A stretch of DNA of 28,436 nt from an uncultured Verrucomicrobiae bacterium (lineage in GTDB: Bacteria > Verrucomicrobiota > Verrucomicrobiia > Limisphaerales > JAFGQR01), in assembly GCA_963788655.1 (NCBI GenBank), contig CAWBHS010000041.1:1-28436 (forward strand). Direction: 5' to 3'. Shown piece by piece: positions 1 through 10,494 of this stretch (its first letter is position 1; every line of letters begins with the position of its first letter). A program made the translations under genes and the position numbers. The notes under the pieces were generated by a model. The model saw nothing but the letters and a program-made list of their open reading frames with translations, was not told the origin of the DNA and did not search any database.

Positions 1-88
1 AATTTCCCGCCGTTGGCCTAACGTCACGCCCGCATGCTGAACCAATGCAGAATTAGAATGCGAAAACGCTGCCGCAAGGACGACTGCT

Positions 89-349
89 ATGAGCAAAAAG
101 ATCGATTCCCTCTGGCCGACGCCGACCGCCCACTCCGCGCCAAAGATCAAAACGATTGGCCTCCACCTGGCCAGCACCGACCGCAACCTGCCGCGGAAGA
201 TCAAGGTTGTCTTTGACTTGGCCCAAAGCTCGGGTCAGGAACTGGATCTCACGTTCAGCTTCAAGCCGCCGGGACGAAGCACTCCCAAGCAACGGTCGGC
301 TCAAGAACAAGAAATTCTGGATCCTCCCCCGCATCGCTGGCTGCTTTGA
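89..349 (+). CDS. hypothetical 86-aa protein
   Basis: ATG at 89 preceded by AAGGA; TAGAAT -10-like hexamer at 54-59; followed by a hairpin at 391-421. No family recognised. Confidence 0.4.
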   Translation: MSKKIDSLWPTPTAHSAPKIKTIGLHLASTDRNLPRKIKVVFDLAQSSGQELDLTFSFKPPGRSTPKQRSAQEQEILDPPPHRWLL

Positions 350-390
350 ACCGGCCGTTGACTTTACTGACAGACGCCAACCCCTGGGGC

Positions 391-421
391 CCTCTCCTCC
401 GCATTTGCGGAGGGGGAGAGG
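391..421. repeat. GC-rich palindrome (CCTCTCC...GGAGAGG type), REP-like or terminator
   Basis: cctctcctccgca-tt-tgcggagggggagagg folds into an imperfect hairpin. Confidence 0.55.
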
Positions 422-488
422 TCAATTGGTGCCGGCAATGTTACATTTCCGTCGGCCGTGAACCCAAAGCGTCCCCATCGATTTGATT

Positions 489-638
489 ATGAATGCTGCC
501 AAACTTTCCCTGACCCCGCTGGGCCGCGCGTTGTTGCACGCCTTGTGCCTGTGCCGCCGCCCCGCCGCCGCCGGCTTCTATCTCCGGGGCCTCACGCGCA
601 GTTTGCGCGAATGGAGCCGCCACGGCACCCCTCGATGA
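489..638 (+). CDS. possible 49-aa small protein MNAAKLSLTPLGRALLHALCLCRRPAAAGFYLRGLTRSLREWSRHGTPR
   Basis: ATG 489 to TGA 638, below the ORF-track cutoff; mostly G/C third positions; AT-rich sequence before the start. Confidence 0.3.
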   Translation: MNAAKLSLTPLGRALLHALCLCRRPAAAGFYLRGLTRSLREWSRHGTPR

Positions 639-857
639 TCGGGACGAATGGTCGCTTCCCGCGGCCAGATGCGCCGCCGCGTGCAGGGAGTTTGAACGGG
701 GAAATACCAAGCGCGGGAAGGAACAAACGCGCGGACACCCGTTGTTCGAGGATGGCGGCAGGGATTCATTACCCGGCCAGCGCGGGGCCAGCGCGGGGAA
801 CAGGTGCACGACAGGTGGCTACCGGCTACATTCGGGAAATTGCATGTTCTGAGCAAG

Positions 858-902
858 GTAGGATTATACCCCATTGCACGCACCCAGCCCAGGGCGTAGT
901 GT
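858..902 (+). promoter_or_regulatory. 17-bp box GTAGGAT-TAT-ACCCCAT + 22 nt + -10-like TAGTGT
   Basis: Matches the motif and spacing found before six other transcription units in the window. Confidence 0.65.
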
Positions 903-1232
903 TGGCATCGTTCGAAAAGGCAAACGATAAACGCCGGCAATGCAAACATCCCATGAACGCGAAGCCCAGTTCGCACGAAGGACAATATGCAGTCCAAGAT
1001 CCGCCGTTAGCCAAAAAGGTCGGTCGGCAGATTGGCAGCGCGGGAGGTTTCAACGGGAGCGTGACCTTGAAGGCACCGTCCTGTTCCGGTTTCATCGGGT
1101 TGTCGCTCAGCGGGTCCATCCATGACTATCTCTTGAAACCGCACTCCACTTGGCTCCCGAACTCAATCCATCCGCAACAACGGCTGTTTTCCGCAGCGTT
1201 ATTTCCATGTCCCGAAAATATCCCAAACCATC

Positions 1233-4200
1233 ATGAAAACATCTGCTCTGATTCCCCTCCTCCTGGCTCTGGCGGGGTTCGTCGGCATCGTCCCATCCAC
1301 CGATTCCCAGGTCATCCTCGATCCCAACACCATCAGCGGCACGGTCCGCTTCAGCAATGTCAATCCGGACATTCTCGACCTGCTGAATCCGCCGGGCGAC
1401 GAAGGCATGGACTCGGTCTATGTGGTCGCCTACAGCCAGCCGCCGGCGCCGTCCTTCAACGCCGGCACGGACGATGTTCCAACCACGTCCCGCACCAGCA
1501 CGACGTTTGAAGTGGTCGTGGATTCCAGCGAGGCGGGATTGCTTACTCGGTGGTGCCGCGCATCACCATGGCCAACGTGCCGGAGCAGTATTATTTCGAG
1601 GCCCGTACGTCGGAGCCTGTCTTCGCCGGTGGACCGCCGGTGACGGTGGATTTCGCGGAATGCGTGGGCGTGTTGACCGTTCATTTCGTGGATGCCAGCG
1701 GTGATCCGGTGGCCGTGGATGGCGGCCTAATCCACAACGACAGCTATACGATCTACCGGTATTCCATTCCGGCTGGCGCCACCGAAGCGCGCGTCTATTT
1801 GCCCGGCGGCACGTCCGAGGACCTCAACCTCACCGGGTATCGCGGCACGGACTTCTACACCGACCGGCTCACCTTTTTCCTGCGCACCAACATCACCGTC
1901 GCGTGCGACGAACTGGCGACGGTGGACATGGTGATTCCTGATACCGGCGACCTGGGGCAGATCACCGGCGAAGTCGATTTGCTGGGGGAGTTTGAACTCA
2001 CCGTGGATGGCCGCGACGATCTCAATTTCCCCGATTCGACCGCGGTGATCGCCAATTATGGGCCGTTTGGCAATCAGCGTTGGGCTGCGGTACCGGGACT
2101 GGATTTCGTGCTTCCGTCCAGCGGCGGTTACCTGTTGCCGAATGTCGCGCCGTCCACGCTGGATCCGGCATCGCCAGGCTATGCCCTGTATGCGCAGATT
2201 ACATCCGAAGTGGCCGCCAGATTCAGTCGTTTCGTTCGCCGGCACTGGGCTGGGGCGCCAATCCGGCGGTAACCGTGCTGCCGGGGGAGAGCGTGGACCT
2301 GGGTAACTTGTTGGTCATTGATCCGGGTTACCTCGACGGGCAGATCGTTTTACAAGGACCAAATGAAAGTCCCGGTCACGATTCGCTGTTGCGCGGGTTG
2401 CTGCACGCCAGCGACGATGATCTGGACATGGACGGTGTGCCGGACAGTCTCGGCACGTACGGCGTGTATTGGAGCAGCGTCAGCGCGGACGGGGTGGATC
2501 AATTGGCTGCCGGCGCGACTCACACCGCGGCCTTTGGTACGCCAACGCGGATTTTTCCCTGTCATTCAATCCCGACAGCCTCGCCTTCGAGGGCAATTAT
2601 GAGTTGGCCCTGGGCGGGCTGAACAGCGAACCCAGTCTCTGGCTGCCCCGGACCCTTAGCCTGTCATTGTCCTCGCCACCCGAGGCTCCGGACAGCAATT
2701 ATTTCTATAATGTCTTCTCCGTAACCGACCAACGGGACATCACGATGGAAATCACCCCGGGCCAGGCAGCCACGCACGACATCGGTTATTGCTTCAGCGA
2801 GGTGACGTTGGTGTTCCGTTCCTCCGGTACGCCGTTCTTCAGTCCGCAGGTGCGTTTCAGTGAGGGGTCATTCCAGGGTCCGGATTTTCAAGGCAATGCC
2901 GCCGATTACACCGTCTATATTGACGCGGATTTCGGCATGCCCAACACGGCGGAAACCGCCGCTACCGTGGGGCAAGTGATCCTGGCGCTGCCGCAAGGCT
3001 CCTACCATTTGCTCCCCTTTGTGACACCGGCGGATTCCGGTTATGCGTTGACGGGATTGCAACCGATCGACCTTACGGTCGGCTGCGGCGAGCGGATCGT
3101 GCTCGAGCAATGTCTGCAAGTGCAACTCGCCGTGCCACCCTGCGCGGTGCCCGGACCCACCCAATTGACCGGCACGGTCCGCAGTTGCACCAACGCGGTC
3201 ACGTTAATCACCTACGAATTAAACGGCTCCGAGCCGATCATTGTGTGCGAGGAATGCGGCCCGGAGCCGGCCTTCGTCTTCGACCTGACCTTGGATCCCG
3301 GTCCCAACGCCCTGACCGTGACCGCGTACGATGACCAGGGAGGAACCAGTTCCGTGACCACCACGCTTGCCACCGATACTCTGCCGCCCATCATTCAGTG
3401 TCCGGAGGACATCGCCGTTGAAGCCACGCGTCCTTGTGGGGCCATCGTGGAGTTCACCGTAACCGCCACAGACAATTGCGACTTGGCTCCGATCCTTGTT
3501 TGCACGCCGCGTTCCGGCAGTCTATTCGCCGCCGGCGACACTGTCGTGAACTGCACGGCGACCGATGCGGCAGGCAATGTCGCCGAATGCGTTTTCAATG
3601 TGAACGTAACTGGTGGACCCGAGTTTCTGCCGCCAACCATCAGTGGCGTTTCACCCCAACTGATCGGGGATTCCGGCGGCGCCCAACTCACTATCAGCGG
3701 CGCCGATTTCACCGTGGATGACGAAGTATTGCTGAACGGCGTGCCGTTGCTGTATCCCGTGTTGGTCAGCGCGGAAGAAATCCAGGGCCAGTCGCCGCCG
3801 CTCCCGGCCGGCGCCTATGAACTGCAAGTCCGCCGTTGTGGCGAGATCGTGGCGAGTCTCCCCGATGCGTGTGTGAGCGGAACGTTGCCACGGATCCTCT
3901 CCGTTGATCTACCCCAAGCTTTTGCTGCGGGTGGGAATTATGTGACCGTTCTCGGGTCGAACTTCATCGCCACCACGCAGGTCCGCATCGGCTTCGCCGG
4001 ATCCAATCTGCTTCAGAATATTACGGTGTCCGAGGACGGCACCACCCTCATCGGTCAGGTGCCGGCGTTGCCCAACACCGAGGCGCTGGGACCGCGCGAT
4101 GTCATCGTCGAGGATGAGCGGGGCAGCGATATTCTGCCCGCGGGATTGACCTATTTGCCAAATCCATTCGAAACCGACCCCCAGGTCCTTGGCCTGCGCG

Positions 4201-7028
4201 CGCTGCAAACGGCTTCGACGGACCCGGTGGATTTGTATTGGCGTAATGGATTTCCGGGAGGAATGACTGCTCGCGTCAACGTCACGGGAGCAACACCCGA
4301 AGCGCGGGCGCGCTCGTTTGTTCGCAGTTTCAAAGATCTCTTGCGGGTGGAGAATCCGGATGCTGAGTTGGCAACGAAGCGAGTCCATTCCGAAGGACTC
4401 GACGATGTCTGGCTGGCTCAGACCTATGGCGGGCTCCCCGTGTTCGGCTCGGAAATCGTCGTCACCCTGGATGGCAATGCGGTCGTCTGCCTGACCGGCA
4501 ACCTCCTGCCCTCCGCGGCGCTCGATGCCCTGGGATTCGATCCCACCCCCGCCCTGAGCTCGGACGAGGCGGTGGAATTGGCCAAGGCGGATCAGAACCT
4601 TCAGCAACCCACCGCGGACCTGGCGGCGACGACTGAACTCATGGTGTACGACCAGCGTCTATTCATCGAAGCGCCGCTTGATCCCCATCTGGTTTGGAAA
4701 GTGGTGATGCGATTTTCCGACCTTGTCCACCTGGTGGACGCGCATACCGGCCAGATCGTGGCCCAGTTGGCCCAGGCGCCCTCGCACGAGTTCGACCTGG
4801 ACATTCAGGACGCCGAGCACGAAGCCAACGCCAACGACGACTGGTGTTTCAACTTGAGCAGCGACACAGACGTGGCGGATGAGGACGATTTCAATTCCGA
4901 CTACAACGGCGACCTGGACGCTGTGCTGGCCAACCGTTTCGCCATCGATTGCTGGCACTACTTCGACCACCATTTCGGCTGGGGCTCCTACGACAACGAC
5001 GACTCGCAACTCGAGATTTTCATTCACACGACCATCGCTCCGGCGGTCGTGGCGCAGTGGAGCAAGCAGTGTGATCTAATCCAGTTCGCCGATGGCGCCG
5101 TGGATTACGATATTCTGGTGCATGAATTCACCCACGGCATCATCGCGAGCACCAGCGGCCTCCAATACCAGTTCCAGTCCGGCGCGCTCGATGAGAGCTA
5201 CGCGGACACCATGGGCGTCATCGCCGACCGCGAACGGGGCGAAGTCGAAAGTGGCCAGCCGATCAACTGGATGATTGGCGAGGGCCGCCGGGCTCCGCAG
5301 CCGACGTTTCTGGTCCGCAATTACGATTTCCCCGGCGCTCCCCGCCCGGGTGGGCGTGGGGGGCAGCCGGACCACATGCGCAGCCTCTGCTGCATGGCCG
5401 TGGGCAGCCCAAACCAGGGTAATGATTTCGGGGGCGTTCATTCCAACAGCGGCATTCCCAATCGCGGCGGGTATTTGATGAGCGAAGGCGGCGCGACCAA
5501 TGGCTTCCTGGTTCGCGGCATGGGCATGGACAAAGTCCGGCTCATGAAATTTGCGGCCATGCGGAATCTGCCGTCGAACGCCGTCTTCACCGATGCGCGC
5601 GCGCGCGAAATCGCTGCCGCGCAATGGTTCAAGGATAACGCCCAGGGCGGCTTCGTGATCGAGGACCTCTGCACGGTGCGCGACGGCTGGGCGGCGGTCG
5701 GCGTGGGTCTCGGCGATTCCAACTGCGACGGGGTGGAGGACAACCGCCAGGACATTGATAACGATCTCATCGCCAATCGGGTGGACAATTGTCCCTCCAA
5801 GGCGAACCCGGACCAGAAGGACAGCGACGGCGATGGCCGCGGCGATGCCTGCGATAACTGCCCGTTGATGCCGAATCCCGGCCAGGAAGACCTGGACGGC
5901 GACGGCCAAGGCGACGTGTGCGACGCCGATCGTGACGGCGATGGCTGTCTGAACGCGGTGGATCAGAATCCGGACTCCAATCAACAGATCATCGGGAGTT
6001 TCCTCGGGCCTTTGTGCAATCCCCAAAGCGGGCCCATTTTCGGTTTTGCGGGGAACGATACCGACCATGACGGTATTCTGGATTGTCAGGACGAGGATGA
6101 TGACGGCGACGGAATCCCCGATGCTATCGACGCCTGCCCAGTGGGCGCGCTGGCCGGCGCCACTCTAGGCCCATGCACGGTGCTCAGAGATTGCCCGCTG
6201 GTTCCCAATGATTGGTGGCGCACCTGCCTGGGCGGTGGCTGCGTCGAGTTATACTCCCGATTTGTGAACGTCATTAATCCCGACCCCACCCGGACGGTCA
6301 TCATTGACACCGTCTCCATCGTGAACCAGACCCTGTACCTGCAGCCCAACACCGGCACCTCTGTGGCCGGTCTCGCCCAGCGAATTGCGCAGGTCGGTCA
6401 GCTTGCCGCGGTCGGCCGCGCGGCGCTCAACTCCGAACCGGGCCGCGTGCGCATCGAGCTTTGGGCGCGGGCGACTGACACCACGCCGGCTCATCTGGTC
6501 GCCATTGTGGGCGAATACGATCCGGCACTTCTGGAGCTGGGCCAGGTGGATTCCGGCCGCTTGCTGGCGCTGACTCCCGGTGGCGACGGCGTCCCGCCCA
6601 CCCTGGGCGCAACTTGGCAGCCCGGCACGGACCCGGCCACGGCCAGTCAGGACAACGATAATGATGGCATGGTGGATGGCTGGGAAATTCAGCACGGCCT
6701 CAACCCCCGAAATCCGGACGACGCGCTCCTCGATTCCGATGGCGATGGCGTGAACAATCTGGGCGAATTCCAGGACGGCACCGATCCGAATGATCCCGCG
6801 AGTGTGTTCCGCATTCTGCGCATCGCGCGGATGGCCGGCGCCGTGCGGATTGAATTCGTGGCCACCCCGGCTCGCCGCTTCCAACTGGAACGGAGTGCCG
6901 GGTTGGGGCAATCCGAATGGACGCCAATTGCCGAGTTGTCCGGCCGCGGCGGCATCGAGTCGCTGACGGATACCGGTCCTGCGGCTGAGAGCCAGGTGTT
7001 TTACCGGCTGAGTTCCATGCCGGACTAA
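1233..7028 (+). CDS. secreted multidomain thermolysin-family (M4) metalloprotease, ~1930 aa: signal peptide, long N-terminal beta region, HYR, 2x IPT/TIG, FTP/PepSY propeptide, M4 catalytic domain, thrombospondin type-3-like Ca repeats, C-terminal FYRL domain; 3 apparent frameshifts
   Basis: Signal MKTSALIPLLLALAG. ORFs 1233, 1550, 2080 and 2469 join with single-base deletions at ~1536, ~2200, ~2537. HYR DTLPPIIQCP...TATDAAGN (~3375-3608); HEFTH (5121-5135), GALDESYAD, DFGGVHSNSGI; DNCP..NPDQ.DSDGDGRGDACD repeats. Confidence 0.9.
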
Positions 7029-7068
7029 AGATTCGGTCTTCACCGGTCAACGGTTGAGTTATGAATAA

Positions 7069-7245
7069 ATGCGGATTTCTCGTCCTGCTGGGCTGCGTTC
7101 GGTCGCAGCCGGCTTGCGGCTGGATTCCTGGCTCATGACCGACAATCTCGTCACGGTGCGGGAATCAGAAATTGATTCCGTCCTTGGCCGGTTGCCGGAC
7201 ACAGCAGCGGACGCTGCGCTCAAACACACGTTTGCACTTTCATGA
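7069..7245 (+). pseudogene. 3' fragment of a PemK/MazF-family toxin gene
   Basis: Reads GLRLDSWLMTDNLVTVRESEIDSVLGRLPDTAADAALKHTFALS*, resembling PemK/MazF C-terminal halves. The N-terminal RP-containing half is absent. Recognised from memory, not searched. Confidence 0.6.
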
Positions 7246-7265
7246 GCAACGTTTGGTTCATCCTC

Positions 7266-7351
7266 GTAGCAGCCGAGGTAACGAGGCTCACTTCGATTTT
7301 GGATTTTGGATTTACGATTTTCAGTCAGAGCCTCCTCACGTCGGCTGCTAC
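7266..7351. repeat. GTAG-type REP-like inverted pair enclosing a (GATTTTG)-like short tandem repeat
   Basis: gtagcagccgaggtaacgaggctc (7266-7289) and gagcctcctcacgtcggctgctac (7328-7351) are 21/24 complementary. Confidence 0.8.
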
Positions 7352-7410
7352 CAAGGCAAAGGAGGCATGGAGGAATGAGCGACGGCTTCCGAAAGGGTGG
7401 GCGTCCGGCC

Positions 7411-7610
7411 AGCCCGGTTAGGGCGAAAGACAATAGCCCGCCGATTCATCGGTGGGACGCCATGCGTGTTTGGAACGAGTCCCGATAGGGACGAAAGAAA
7501 TCGGGCGCGTCATTCCCAGCATTCTTTCGCCCCTCCGGGGCTTGGGGGATTTTGGATCACGTTAACCCAGCGATAAATCGCTGGGTTATTTTCGGGTGTC
7601 CCGGTGGGAC
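7411..7610. repeat. composite palindromic REP/BIME-like element
   Basis: agcccggttagggcgaaaga and agtcccgatagggacgaaagaa are inverted to ttctttcgcccctccggggct; internal hairpins cccgccgattcatcggtggg and aacccagcgataaatcgctgggtt. Confidence 0.75.
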
Positions 7611-7896
7611 AAACCTAACCGGAGGCGTGGAGAAATGAACGATGACCCGGCTGCTCGAAGGGTGGCTGAGCGAAGTCCGCACGGCGGTGGAGCAGGCAGG
7701 CGAGTTGACGGAGGCGGCCATTCAAAAGCTCGTCCGTGGATTCGGGGGCAAAGGGCGTGAATGAACAGTGCCTTTTTGCCAAACGAACCCATCTTGAATA
7801 CGCCAGGCCGCGTCGGGGGGAACCAGGCCGGATCAAAGCAACCCAACGCGGTGAACCAAGTCAACCCTACAGCGACAGTTCCGGCGAATCGCGGCA

Positions 7897-7985
7897 GGAG
7901 CGCGGCGTTTACGCCGCTTCACCGTCCTATCCCGCAAGCCGCTGGTTGGCCTTTGGTGCTTGAAGCGGCCTAAAGGCCGCGCGCC
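7897..7985. repeat. REP-like inverted pair
   Basis: ggagcgcggcgtttacgccgcttca (7897-7921) and tgaagcggcctaaaggccgcgcgcc (7961-7985) are 22/25 complementary; each arm is itself a hairpin. Confidence 0.8.
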
Positions 7986-8099
7986 TATCTGTGATATGTG
8001 TCGCTGTAGTGTTAAACCCGTTGAGCCAGAGGTGAGCGGTCCCCCTTCCATCGCTCCTCCGAGCCGAATCAGTCGGGGCGGGTCAGGGCGGCCGCGGAG

Positions 8100-8144
8100 G
8101 TAGGGTTTTACCCCATAGCCAAAGACCGCTGCATCCCGGAGACT
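8100..8144 (+). promoter_or_regulatory. box GTAGGGT-TTT-ACCCCAT + 22 nt + GAGACT
   Basis: Box identical to 13091-13107; part of the duplicated GT4 5' region. Confidence 0.65.
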
Positions 8145-8159
8145 GATCCGGACGCAACA

Positions 8160-8501
8160 ATGGAATCACCATCCGAAATTCGAAAGATCGCGTTCCTTGG
8201 CGACTACTTGCCGCCCGAATGCGGCATCGCCACGTTCACGTCCGACGTGCTCCCCGCCGTGGCGGCGGAACACCCGGAGAGCCAGTGCTTTGCCGTGCCG
8301 GTGAACGACCTCCCGGGTGGCTACGAGTATCCGGGCGTGGTGCGCTTCGAGATCGAGGAGCAGAACCTGTCTTCCTATCAACGCGCCGCGGACTTTCTCA
8401 ATATCAGCAGCGCGGACATCGTCTGCGTGCAGCACGAGTTTGGCATCAACGACGGCCCGGCCGGCAGCCATCTGCTGGCGCTACTGCGCGAATTGTGGAT
8501 G
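8160..8501 (+). pseudogene. truncated diverged copy of the first 114 codons of the GT4 glycosyltransferase at 13151
   Basis: MESPSEIRKIAFLGDYLPPECGIATF...LLRELWM aligns without gaps to MEPTSEIHKIAFLGDYLPRKCGIATF...LLRELRM; similarity stops at 8501. Confidence 0.9.
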
Positions 8502-8592
8502 GCTGCTGGTGCAGGTGTTCCTTGGCGAACGAGGATGGTTGTTCAGATGATGTCTCATTCCCGAAACTCTTCGACGCCAGCCGCGGTGGCTG

Positions 8593-9609
8593 GTGTTGAT
8601 CGAGGCGTTGATGCTGGTGGGAGTGATCGGATGGTTTGACCACGCGACCAGCTCGGAATGGAGTTTCTTCCCGCCGTTTGCCTTGCCTATCATCCTCGGC
8701 GCTTGGAAGACCGGGTGGCGGCTGGGCTTTGCCTATGCCTGGCTGAGCGCCGCGGCCTTTTGGGTGGCACATCTCAGCAGCAACCCATATCACACCCACT
8801 GGGGCTTCGCCGTGGCGGTGTTGGGGCGTTGGTTTTACTTCGCCGTCTTCGTGCTGGCCGTGGCCGCGCTGAAGACCAAGTGGGAACTGGACCAGGCGCG
8901 CATCGCCAGCCTCCAACGGGCGGAGGCATTGGAGCGGGAGATCCTTCAGGTCGCCGATCAGGAAAAGGAGCGCCTGGGGAGGGAGTTGCACGATGGTTTG
9001 TGCCAGACGCTGGCGGGAATTTCGGCCCTCAGTGCGACGCTTTCCCGGAGGCTGGCGGCCGGCTCCGAAGTCGTTGCGGCACCCGCTGCCGTTGAAATCA
9101 CCAAACTGTTGCACGCCGCCATCAGCGAAGCGCGCGATCTGGCCCGCGGTTTCGGCCCGCTGGGCCTGGAGGCGGGCGGTCTCGACGCGGTGCTGGCCAC
9201 GCTGGCGGTCAGTCTCCAGAACCAGTTTGGCGTCACCTGCACCATTGAGTGTCCTCAGCCCTTTGTCCGGCTTCGCCATGGGGTCGCGTTGCACCTGTTT
9301 CGCATCGTCCAGGAAGGGGTGAACAACGCCCTGGCTCACGGCCGGGCGCAACGGATCGAAATCAGCCTGAGCCGCCAGGACGGGCAAGGGCTTTTAAGCG
9401 TCCGGGACGATGGGGTGGGACTGCCCGAGGAGGCCCTCCAGCGCGACGGGGTCGGGCTGCACACGATGGCCACTCGGGCGCGCCTGATCGGCGGTGCCAT
9501 CGAACTCCGCCGGCTCACCCCGCGCGGCACGGCGGTCCACTGCACTTTTCCCCTGCCCGATCCGCCCGATACCCTGGACCATTCCGATCATGCACCCGAA
9601 ATCAAGTGA
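8593..9609 (+). CDS. membrane sensor histidine kinase, NarX/NarL-associated type (HisKA_3 + HATPase_c)
   Basis: Hydrophobic N-terminal segments; ERLGRELHDGLCQTL H-box; EGVNNALAH, DDGVG, GVGL. True start may be ATG 8547/8550 with a 1-nt indel (LIPETLRRQPRWLVL is in frame upstream). Confidence 0.92.
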   Translation: MLIEALMLVGVIGWFDHATSSEWSFFPPFALPIILGAWKTGWRLGFAYAWLSAAAFWVAHLSSNPYHTHWGFAVAVLGRWFYFAVFVLAVAALKTKWELDQARIASLQRAEALEREILQVADQEKERLGRELHDGLCQTLAGISALSATLSRRLAAGSEVVAAPAAVEITKLLHAAISEARDLARGFGPLGLEAGGLDAVLATLAVSLQNQFGVTCTIECPQPFVRLRHGVALHLFRIVQEGVNNALAHGRAQRIEISLSRQDGQGLLSVRDDGVGLPEEALQRDGVGLHTMATRARLIGGAIELRRLTPRGTAVHCTFPLPDPPDTLDHSDHAPEIK

Positions 9610-10279
9610 ACACCGCCCGCCGGCCCCGAAGACGATTCTCATCGTGGACGACCACCCCATGCTGCGTCGCGGGCTGGCCAGTCTAATCGCGTCCGAGCCC
9701 GACCTCGCCGTCTGCGGGGAAGCCGCTACCTGCCAGGCCGCGCTCGCGGCCATCCGGGAGCGCGAGCCCGAGCTAGTGCTCGTGGATCTCACCCTCGAAG
9801 GAAGCGACGGCCTGGACCTGGTCAAGGATCTGAAGCTCCGCCACCCGAAGATCCCGGCGCTGGTGCTCTCGATGCACGACGAAGCGACGTATGCAGAACG
9901 GGCACTGCGGGCCGGCGCCCGGGGCTACGTCTCCAAACAACAACTCGACGAGACGATCCTGGTCGCCATCCGCCAGGTGTTTGCCGGTGAGACTTACCTG
10001 AGCGAAAAGCTCAAGGCACGGCTGGCGGCGCGATTCCTGGGTGGGAGCACCCTGGAAACCGGCTCCCCCCTCGCCGCACTCAGCGACCGCGAACTGCAGG
10101 TGTTTCGTTTGCTCGGCCAGGGCCGGGGCACGCGCCAGATCGCGGAAACCCTCCATCTCAGCATCAAGACCATCGAATCCCACTGCGAGCACATCAAGGT
10201 CAAGCTGAGCTTGCAGTCCGCGGCCGAACTCGCTCACTGCGCCACGCAATGGATGGAATCCAGCAGCCGCGGAGGTTGA
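9590..10279 (+). CDS. NarL/FixJ-family response regulator (REC + LuxR HTH)
   Basis: ILIVDDHPMLRRG, LVDL phospho-Asp, LSDRELQVFRLLGQG..IAETLHLSIKTIESH. ATG 9590 overlaps the HK end. Confidence 0.95.
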   Translation: MHPKSSEHRPPAPKTILIVDDHPMLRRGLASLIASEPDLAVCGEAATCQAALAAIREREPELVLVDLTLEGSDGLDLVKDLKLRHPKIPALVLSMHDEATYAERALRAGARGYVSKQQLDETILVAIRQVFAGETYLSEKLKARLAARFLGGSTLETGSPLAALSDRELQVFRLLGQGRGTRQIAETLHLSIKTIESHCEHIKVKLSLQSAAELAHCATQWMESSSRGG

Positions 10280-10300
10280 ATCGACCATTCCGGATACAGA

Positions 10301-10323
10301 TAGGCGGACCTGCCGGTCCGCCC
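10301..10323. repeat. REP-like hairpin GGCGGACC-TGCC-GGTCCGCC, copy 1
   Basis: Same sequence at 10983-11005 and 12724-12748. Confidence 0.85.
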
Positions 10324-10377
10324 AAACATCATCCGCACTTGGTATGACTCCCGATTTCCTCTTCCTTCGGCTCCGGC

Positions 10378-10446
10378 ATGGGGCATTGCCCCATGCCATA
10401 AATGGGGCGTCGCCCTGATGCTTTTGCACCCCGGGTGAGCCACATT
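10378..10446 (+). promoter_or_regulatory. tandem boxes ATGGGGC-ATT-GCCCCAT (10378-10394) and ATGGGGC-GTC-GCCCTGA (10402-10418) + 22 nt + CACATT
   Basis: First box is a perfect 7-3-7 palindrome; spacing to the hexamer matches the other promoters. Confidence 0.7.
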
Positions 10447-10494
10447 TTGCTGATTGATACCAATTAACAATTCGGATGATCTGCCCCCTGAGTC

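Noticed and set aside
458..1510. 350-aa + strand ORF
   Set aside because: Low-complexity Arg/Pro translation; crosses a box promoter and overlaps the protease 5' end out of frame.
9494..9589. Longer N-terminus for the response regulator
   Set aside because: Lies deep within the HK ATPase domain; ATG 9590 gives a normal receiver start.
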